Shown here piece after piece: positions 57,764-64,000 of a stretch of DNA of 64,000 bases. The notes under the pieces were generated by a model. It had not been told where the DNA came from. It ran no database searches and worked only from the letters and a program-made list of their open reading frames with translations. This DNA is from Clostridia bacterium (GTDB lineage: Bacteria; Bacillota; Clostridia; Oscillospirales; CAG-272): NCBI GenBank assembly GCA_017466685.1, contig JAFTTS010000045.1:19-64018 (forward strand), given 5' to 3'. Positions within the stretch are counted from its first letter, which is position 1; each line of letters starts with the position of its first letter. The position numbers and the translations under genes are program-made.

Positions 57764-59131
57764 ATGCCAGCTGTATTTACTTATATTCTCATAATGCTCG
57801 CGGCTATCATCATTTGGTTCTTAGCATTCAAGCGCCCGATCTATGAGGGTATTCTTTTAAGCTTTATCATTTTACTTTTTGTAACAGGTACATGGTCGAA
57901 TGTGTTCGTATATATCGACGATGCACTCGGAACCTCGCTTCTCTATTCAATGATGGCATTCTGTGCCATGTCGCAGCTACTCACCAAAACAAAGGTCATC
58001 GACAACTGTGTTATGATCATCATCGCGCTTTTAGGACGAATCCCCGGCGGTGCAGGCTATGCGTCTATTGTAGCCAGCAGCTTTATGGGTGCTCTCTCCG
58101 GAAGCGGCCCCGGTAACGTTATGGCAACCGGTACTATCACTATCCCTGCAATGATCAAATCCGGATTCCCGCCGGAGCTCGCCGCAAACGTTGAAAGTAC
58201 GGCAAGCTACCTCGGAAATATGATCCCGCCTTCCTCAAATATAGTTGCGGCTCTCGGTGCGCTCAATGCATATTTAGCTATCAACGGCAAGGACGAGGTC
58301 TCAACAGGTACATTCTGGATCGTTTGTTGGGGATGCTCACTGTGGTTCATTCTTTCGAGATTCGTTCAGCTCTTTGCATTCTGTAAATATTATAAGATCA
58401 AGGGTATGGCGAAAGAGGATGTTCCCAGCCTCAAGCAGACTATCAAAGAAGGCTGGAGCGGTTTACTTCTCCCCGTTGTTATCCTGCTTCCCTTCATTTT
58501 TGACGCAGTATGCAATGCAAACTTCCTCACCGCCCGTCTCGGTGCGACCGGCGCAAGCTATTTCTCAAAATCGCTTCTTATCTTCACGGCAGGTGTCGCT
58601 ACCATATTCGGCATCCTGATCTCGAAGGACAGAAAGAAAATGACACTGACCGAGATCATCTCGACCTTTGCAGGCAGCGTAAAGGGTATCGTTCCCACCG
58701 TTGCAACCTGTATTCTCGGTTATATGATCGGTGCAATGTTTACAGATCTTGAAGTCGGAGAAGAGCTTCAGGCTGTATTCGAGGCTATGAACTTTAACAT
58801 TGTAACACTTGCATTTGTCATTCCGCTTATAACCTGTTTTATTTCGATGGTTATTCCCGGCTCGTCTATTGTTGTTATGCTCGGTGAAGTTTTCATCGCG
58901 ATCTTTGCAAACGCAGGAGCTGATCCTCTGCTCGTTGCGGCAATGCTTCCCTGTATCTGCGGAATTATGTGCGGAATCACACCGCCGTTTGCTCTCGGTA
59001 TGTATGCAGGTATGTCCCTTGCAAAATCGGATTTCACGAAAACGCTTAAGAACGACCTTTGGTGGCTCGCCGCACAGTACGTGCTTGAAGTTATCGTACT
59101 GCTCGGTGTACTCCCCATTTTAGGTCTGTAA
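57764..59131 (+). CDS. DctM-like (TRAP large permease / ion-transporter superfamily) membrane protein
   Basis: GRIPGG, FMGALSGSG, TIPAMIKSGF, LGNMIPPS, GITPP. About 12 TM helices. Confidence 0.82.
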   Translation: MPAVFTYILIMLAAIIIWFLAFKRPIYEGILLSFIILLFVTGTWSNVFVYIDDALGTSLLYSMMAFCAMSQLLTKTKVIDNCVMIIIALLGRIPGGAGYASIVASSFMGALSGSGPGNVMATGTITIPAMIKSGFPPELAANVESTASYLGNMIPPSSNIVAALGALNAYLAINGKDEVSTGTFWIVCWGCSLWFILSRFVQLFAFCKYYKIKGMAKEDVPSLKQTIKEGWSGLLLPVVILLPFIFDAVCNANFLTARLGATGASYFSKSLLIFTAGVATIFGILISKDRKKMTLTEIISTFAGSVKGIVPTVATCILGYMIGAMFTDLEVGEELQAVFEAMNFNIVTLAFVIPLITCFISMVIPGSSIVVMLGEVFIAIFANAGADPLLVAAMLPCICGIMCGITPPFALGMYAGMSLAKSDFTKTLKNDLWWLAAQYVLEVIVLLGVLPILGL

Positions 59132-59143
59132 GGAGGTCGCACA

Positions 59144-59419
59144 ATGAAAAACTTCAGAAAAAAAGCAGCATATTATCTTTCCTACATATACGGAACAGGT
59201 ATCGCAGTGTCACTTTTTGTCGGCGCACTTTCCTTCCTCGGATACGTCGCTGCAATGATCATCGGCGGCGATATCGCGACAGATATCTGTACATTTATTT
59301 ATAAGCAGATTTATCCCGTTATCATATATATATCTTCCCTCTCCGTTCTTCTCGGACTTGTCAAGATGTATTTAGCCGGCGAGAAATCGCTTGTTCCGCC
59401 TAAAAAGAAGAAACAGTAA
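59144..59419 (+). CDS. Small 2-TM membrane protein, partner of the DctM-like gene
   Basis: AGGAGG RBS, two hydrophobic segments and basic termini. Confidence 0.72.
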   Translation: MKNFRKKAAYYLSYIYGTGIAVSLFVGALSFLGYVAAMIIGGDIATDICTFIYKQIYPVIIYISSLSVLLGLVKMYLAGEKSLVPPKKKKQ

Positions 59420-59436
59420 CTAAAAGGGGACCTACT

Positions 59437-60096
59437 ATGCGAAAATTCCAACTTTTCATAAAACGTGCTTTTGATCTGACTGTCTCGCTTATAATGCTTC
59501 TCTTTATGATCATTATCCCGATCATGATCGTGATCCCGATAGTCATCAAGCTGACCTCAAAAGGTCCTGCGGTGTTCACTCAGGAGCGAGTCGGTAAGGA
59601 TGGAAAGATTTTTAAAATCTATAAGTTCAGAACCATGCTGATTGCAGAGGAACGATTCGCCGCTGACGGCAGACCGCTTGAACCCAAGGAAAGCATCACC
59701 AAGGTTGGACGTTTCCTTCGAAAAACCAGCCTTGATGAGCTCATGCAGATATTCAATGTTATCAACGGCACAATGAGCTTTGTGGGTCCCCGTCCCACTT
59801 TACCCTATCAGGTTGAAAACTATAACGAACGCCAGAGGACACGCCTCAATATGCGTCCCGGAGTAACAGGCTGGGCGCAGGTTAACGGACGAAACGATCT
59901 TGGCTGGAGTGAAAAGATCGAATACGATATCGAATACATAGAAAATTTCAGCCTTTGGTTTGACATCAAGATTCTTTTCAAAACCGTTGCCGTTGTCTTA
60001 AAGCAGGACGGCATTGCATTCACAAAGGCCGATGCAATAAACGCAAAGGCACCGAAAACACAGCAGGAAAAAGAGCCCGAAACAATCGAAAAATAA
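59437..60096 (+). CDS. Initiating phosphoglycosyltransferase (Bac_transf, PglC/EpsL-like)
   Basis: [39 protein letters not shown]. Confidence 0.94.
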   Translation: MRKFQLFIKRAFDLTVSLIMLLFMIIIPIMIVIPIVIKLTSKGPAVFTQERVGKDGKIFKIYKFRTMLIAEERFAADGRPLEPKESITKVGRFLRKTSLDELMQIFNVINGTMSFVGPRPTLPYQVENYNERQRTRLNMRPGVTGWAQVNGRNDLGWSEKIEYDIEYIENFSLWFDIKILFKTVAVVLKQDGIAFTKADAINAKAPKTQQEKEPETIEK

Positions 60097-60113
60097 TTTG
60101 GGGGTAATACATT

Positions 60114-61343
60114 ATGAAAGCGCTTGTACTTTGCGGAGGAGTTCCGCAGATCGAACTCATCAATAATCTTAAAGCTCGCGGTATATTCACGATTTTAGCA
60201 GACATGAACGACAAGGTTGCCGCAAGAGCATATGCAGATAAATTCTATAAGGTGTCCGTACTCGATGTGGATGCCGTGAGACAGGTTGCCGTCGACGAAA
60301 AGGTTGACTTTCTCATAACGGTTTGCGCTGATCAGGTACTGCAGGTCGTCGCACAGATTGCCGAGGAGTTAGGGCTTCCGTGGTATATCGATTACGAAAC
60401 CGCCGAAAATGTTTCCAAGAAGTCCTATATGAAGAAGATCTTCTGGGAAAACGGCGTTCCGACAACAAAATATGTTATCCTCGACCACTTTGAGGAGGAA
60501 AAGATCGCGCATTTACGTTACCCTATCATTGTAAAGCCGGTTGACGCATACAGCTCACGCGGTGTCTGCAAGGTGCAAAACATCGACGAGCTTCGTGCCG
60601 CACTTGATGTCGCTATCGAAATCAGCCGCACAAAGACCGCTATCGTCGAGGAATTTGCAGAGGGTGACGAGATCAGCGTCGATGTTTACGTTGAAGAAGG
60701 TAAGGCGCACGTGCTTTGTCTGACAAACATCTATAAAATCGGTGAGGACGGCAAGTTTATTATCAACAGAAGCCGTATCCCTGCGGACGTATCTCCCGAG
60801 ATCGCAGACAAAATTGCCGATACCGTACAGAAAATCGCCGATGCCTTCGGACTCAAAAACAATCCCATGCTCGTACAGCTTATCAGCGACGGCGAGAACA
60901 TATCCGTCATCGAGTTCTGTGCACGTACAGGCGGCGGTATCAAGTTCCAGATGATAAAGAGAGTTTCCGGCTTTGACGTGGTTGATGCCGTTGTTGCTCT
61001 GACTCTCGGTGAAAAGCCTCATGTCGGCGAGGTAAAGAAGCTTGACAACCTCATTCTCAATGAATTTGTTTATACATATCCGGGCGAGTTACAATCGCTC
61101 GAGGGCTTTGACGAGCTGCTTGACGAGGGCATCATCGCCACATATTCCGCTTTCAAAACTCCCGGCGCAAAGTTCACTCAGATAAACAGCAGCGGTGACC
61201 GCGTGGCATTCTTCAGCATCGAAGCTGACACCGTCGCCGAGCTCAAGCGTAAGCACAAAATCGCAAATGAACGTATCCGCGCGATAAGCACAGAAGGCAA
61301 GGATATCATCCGCCATGACCTCATCGCAAAATATGATGCATAA
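60114..61343 (+). CDS. ATP-grasp domain ligase
   Basis: KKSYMK, YPIIVKPVDAYSSRGV, IVEEF, VIEFCARTGGG. Confidence 0.88.
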   Translation: MKALVLCGGVPQIELINNLKARGIFTILADMNDKVAARAYADKFYKVSVLDVDAVRQVAVDEKVDFLITVCADQVLQVVAQIAEELGLPWYIDYETAENVSKKSYMKKIFWENGVPTTKYVILDHFEEEKIAHLRYPIIVKPVDAYSSRGVCKVQNIDELRAALDVAIEISRTKTAIVEEFAEGDEISVDVYVEEGKAHVLCLTNIYKIGEDGKFIINRSRIPADVSPEIADKIADTVQKIADAFGLKNNPMLVQLISDGENISVIEFCARTGGGIKFQMIKRVSGFDVVDAVVALTLGEKPHVGEVKKLDNLILNEFVYTYPGELQSLEGFDELLDEGIIATYSAFKTPGAKFTQINSSGDRVAFFSIEADTVAELKRKHKIANERIRAISTEGKDIIRHDLIAKYDA

Positions 61344-61354
61344 GGATTAATGAT

Positions 61355-62575
61355 ATGAACGTATTATTCCTTTCGATAAGTCCGATCGCAAACGCCGCAG
61401 GACACAGTATTTCTCTCGATCTGCTCCATGAGTTTCAAAAGAACGGTCATAACGTGTACATAGTTTGCGGCTTGGAGCGCAAGGAGAATGCAGAAACAAC
61501 ACTTTCCGATGAAGCAGGCTGTAAGGTGCTCCGCGTTAAGATCGGAAACAACAAAAAAGCGAATATTATTGAAAAGGGCATCACAACCGTTATGCTCCCA
61601 TCAATGTATAAAAAAGCAATCAAGAAATATTTTTCCGACGTGAAGTTTGACCTTGTACTCTACCCGACTCCTCCGGTAACCCACTTCGAAACGGTTAAAT
61701 TCATCAAAAAGCGCGATAATGCCAAGACTTATCTCATGCTCAAGGATATCTTCCCTCAAAACGCAGTTGATATCGGTATGATGAGAAAATCGGGAGTTAA
61801 AGGTATTCTCTATAAGTATTTCCGCAAAAAGGAAAAGAAGCTTTACGCAATATCGGACAGAATCGGATGTATGTCGCAGGCGAATGTTGATTATGTCCTT
61901 GGGCACAATCCCGAGGTTTCAGCGGACAAGGTTGGAATTTGTCCCAACGCAATCGAGATCCAGGATGTGCGTATCTCAGACGAAGAAAAGACGTCAGTAC
62001 GCGAAAAGTACGGTATTCCGCTTGACAAAAAGATTTTTATTTACGGCGGAAACCTCGGAAGGCCGCAAGGTATACCGTTCATTATCGAATGCCTTAAAGC
62101 GCAGATAAACAACCCCGATGCATATTTCCTCATCGTTGGCGACGGCACCGAATACGGTAAGCTTGAAGCCTTTACGGGCAGCATGGATGCATCAAACATA
62201 AAACTTATGAAGAAGCTTCCGAAAGAGGATTATGACCGTATGGTCGCCGCGTGTGACGTTGGTATGATCTTCCTTGATCACCGCTTCACCATCCCGAACT
62301 TCCCAAGCCGTCTGCTCGCATATATGCAGGCGGAGCTTCCCGTCCTCGCTTGTACCGACCCGAATACCGATATCGGCAAGGTTATAGCTGACGGCGGACT
62401 CGGTTGGTGGTGTGAAAGCAACGACGTGGCAGGCTTTAACTCTGCCGTCAATGCCGCACTTGCCGCAGACCTGAAGGCACTTGGTAAAAACGGATATGAC
62501 TATCTTGAGGGACACTACACCTCAAGGATTGTATACGAAACAATAATTTCTGAAATCAAAGACGGTCATCAGTGA
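61355..62575 (+). CDS. GT4-family glycosyltransferase (WbuB/Cap5L-like)
   Basis: KDIFPQNAVD, YGGNLGRPQG, IPNFPSRLLAYM. Confidence 0.9.
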   Translation: MNVLFLSISPIANAAGHSISLDLLHEFQKNGHNVYIVCGLERKENAETTLSDEAGCKVLRVKIGNNKKANIIEKGITTVMLPSMYKKAIKKYFSDVKFDLVLYPTPPVTHFETVKFIKKRDNAKTYLMLKDIFPQNAVDIGMMRKSGVKGILYKYFRKKEKKLYAISDRIGCMSQANVDYVLGHNPEVSADKVGICPNAIEIQDVRISDEEKTSVREKYGIPLDKKIFIYGGNLGRPQGIPFIIECLKAQINNPDAYFLIVGDGTEYGKLEAFTGSMDASNIKLMKKLPKEDYDRMVAACDVGMIFLDHRFTIPNFPSRLLAYMQAELPVLACTDPNTDIGKVIADGGLGWWCESNDVAGFNSAVNAALAADLKALGKNGYDYLEGHYTSRIVYETIISEIKDGHQ

Positions 62576-62612
62576 TAAAAACACCGATGTACTGTCGGAA
62601 ATGTGGGATATT

Positions 62613-63668
62613 ATGAGAATCGTTGTAAACGACATTGCCGCATCAAAGGGCGGAGCACTCACTGTTCTAAAGGATTTTTACAATTGCGTCAGGGAGAATG
62701 ACACCGAAAACGAATGGATCTTTCTCCTTGGCGATAAATTGCTCGAGGAAACAGACAATATAAAAATCATAACGCTTCCCGAAATCAAAAACAGTCGCTC
62801 TAAAAAGCTTATGTTTGATCTTTTTAACGGCAAGAAATTTATAAAGTCGCTTGAACCCGACGTCGTTTTCTCTCTGCAGAATACGGTGACATTCGGGCTT
62901 GATGTGCCGCAAATACTCTATATCCACCAATCCATTCCCTTTCAGAAAATCAAAAAATTCTCCTTTTTTAAAGGCTCGGAACGCTCGTTAGCTATAATCC
63001 AGCATCTTATCGGTCGGGTGATAAAAAAATCCGCCAAGGTCGCGGACAAGGTTATCGTTCAGACAAAGTGGATGAAGGAAGCCGTTTGCAAGCAGTGTCA
63101 TTTGTCAAAGGAAAAGGTTCTGCAGATTCCCCCGGCCGTTGCGGACATTTCAGCGTACAATACTTCACATGAATTCAACAAAAACAGCTTCTTCTATCCA
63201 ACCGCTCCGGCTATTTATAAAAACAACGCTGCAATTTACAAGGCGTGTGAAATGCTTGATGCCGGAAATCTTGACTATGACGTAACGCTGACACTCACCA
63301 AAAGCACAGAAAAGAAAAACATACATTTTGTCGGCAGGCTCCCATACGGCGAGGTTATCGAAGAGTATGCGAAGAGCACGCTGATCTTCCCTTCATATAT
63401 TGAAACATTCGGCTTTCCTATGGCGGAAGCACGCAAGGTCGGAACAGTTGTCCTCGCTTCGGATTGTCCGTTTTCACGCGAGGTTCTGGAAAACTACGAA
63501 AACGCTTACTTTTTCGATCCCTTCAAGCCGGAAGAGCTGGCATCGCTTATGGAGCGTGTCATTTCCGGCGATATACAAAAGAAAAAAACGTCAACCGCGC
63601 AGGATGACACTCAAAACGGTTGGCTGACTATAATGAACGAAGTCATTAACTTAAAACACAACAATTAA
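62613..63668 (+). CDS. GT4-family glycosyltransferase
   Basis: GGALTVL, FFYP..YKN, FPSYIETFGFPMAEA. Confidence 0.88.
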   Translation: MRIVVNDIAASKGGALTVLKDFYNCVRENDTENEWIFLLGDKLLEETDNIKIITLPEIKNSRSKKLMFDLFNGKKFIKSLEPDVVFSLQNTVTFGLDVPQILYIHQSIPFQKIKKFSFFKGSERSLAIIQHLIGRVIKKSAKVADKVIVQTKWMKEAVCKQCHLSKEKVLQIPPAVADISAYNTSHEFNKNSFFYPTAPAIYKNNAAIYKACEMLDAGNLDYDVTLTLTKSTEKKNIHFVGRLPYGEVIEEYAKSTLIFPSYIETFGFPMAEARKVGTVVLASDCPFSREVLENYENAYFFDPFKPEELASLMERVISGDIQKKKTSTAQDDTQNGWLTIMNEVINLKHNN

Positions 63669-63689
63669 TTCCCGAGGTATCTTTCAAAA

Positions 63690-64000
63690 ATGCGAACTTC
63701 AAAATATTTTTCAGACGGCGTAATACTCGTTTTTGCAGCTTGTGTTGTCTTCTCCTTTTTATTCCAGATATTTAAGATCACCGCGCCGGTGAATATATTA
63801 TATATTGCATCTCTGTTGCTTGTTCTGGGCTGCTATTCGTTCAGCGGCTGCTTGAATAAAATCACATTGACACTGGGCTCTATTATTCTGTTTTCTTCTG
63901 TAATATACGGCTTCAACTTCAGCAATATGGACTATTATACACACGCACTCATCACTCTTTGTATATTTATTTGTATTGAAGTAAGCTCGTATGTGAAAAT
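63690..64000 (+). CDS. Polytopic membrane protein, possibly Wzy polymerase (3'-truncated)
   Basis: GAGG RBS and ATG 63690. Frame stays open to the window end with consecutive hydrophobic helices, and it follows glycosyltransferase genes. Confidence 0.55.
   Translation, partial: MRTSKYFSDGVILVFAACVVFSFLFQIFKITAPVNILYIASLLLVLGCYSFSGCLNKITLTLGSIILFSSVIYGFNFSNMDYYTHALITLCIFICIEVSSYVK

Noticed and set aside
1-64000. Genome-wide TAG-to-Gln recoding suggested by the def amber codon
   Set aside because: No other gene has an internal TAG. The FkbM (587) and ytvI (43447) genes end sensibly at TAG.
1-64000. CRISPR arrays, IS elements, prophage or defence genes
   Set aside because: I saw no regularly spaced repeats and no transposase, integrase, phage or recognisable defence proteins.

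Overview
Chromosomal window from a spore-forming Clostridia-type Firmicute. The evidence is spoVM, ytvI, an SLH protein, a PASTA kinase and sigma-A-type promoters with extended -10 boxes. It holds about 57 CDSs and two tRNAs. I see no CRISPR array, integrase, transposase or prophage. The core content is the conserved yloC-remA-gmk-rpoZ-priA-def-fmt-yugP-rsmB-rlmN-stp-pknB-rsgA-thiN-spoVM cluster (minus strand), amino-acid, nucleotide and cofactor genes (lysC, metA, ilvE, purM, nrdG, rbsK, queH, panT-coaX), several secreted or surface proteins, and the first part of a surface-polysaccharide locus at the right end. Signals beyond the ORF track: (1) an in-frame TAG replaces the catalytic Gln codon of def; (2) an unlisted 25-aa spoVM gene; (3) a BlaI/BlaR-type system whose sensor is an M23 domain lacking its zinc ligands, with three operator palindromes over its promoter; (4) a tandem pair of lactocepin-type S8 proteins, one intact and one lacking a propeptide and with Thr in place of the catalytic Ser; (5) a pan-motif-like double-bulged-A hairpin covering the panT ribosome-binding site; (6) a polysaccharide locus with two ATP-grasp ligases, two PLP-fold domains and a DctM-like permease with no binding protein, preceded by twin hairpins with identical loops. 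All family calls come from motif recognition by eye, not database searches.
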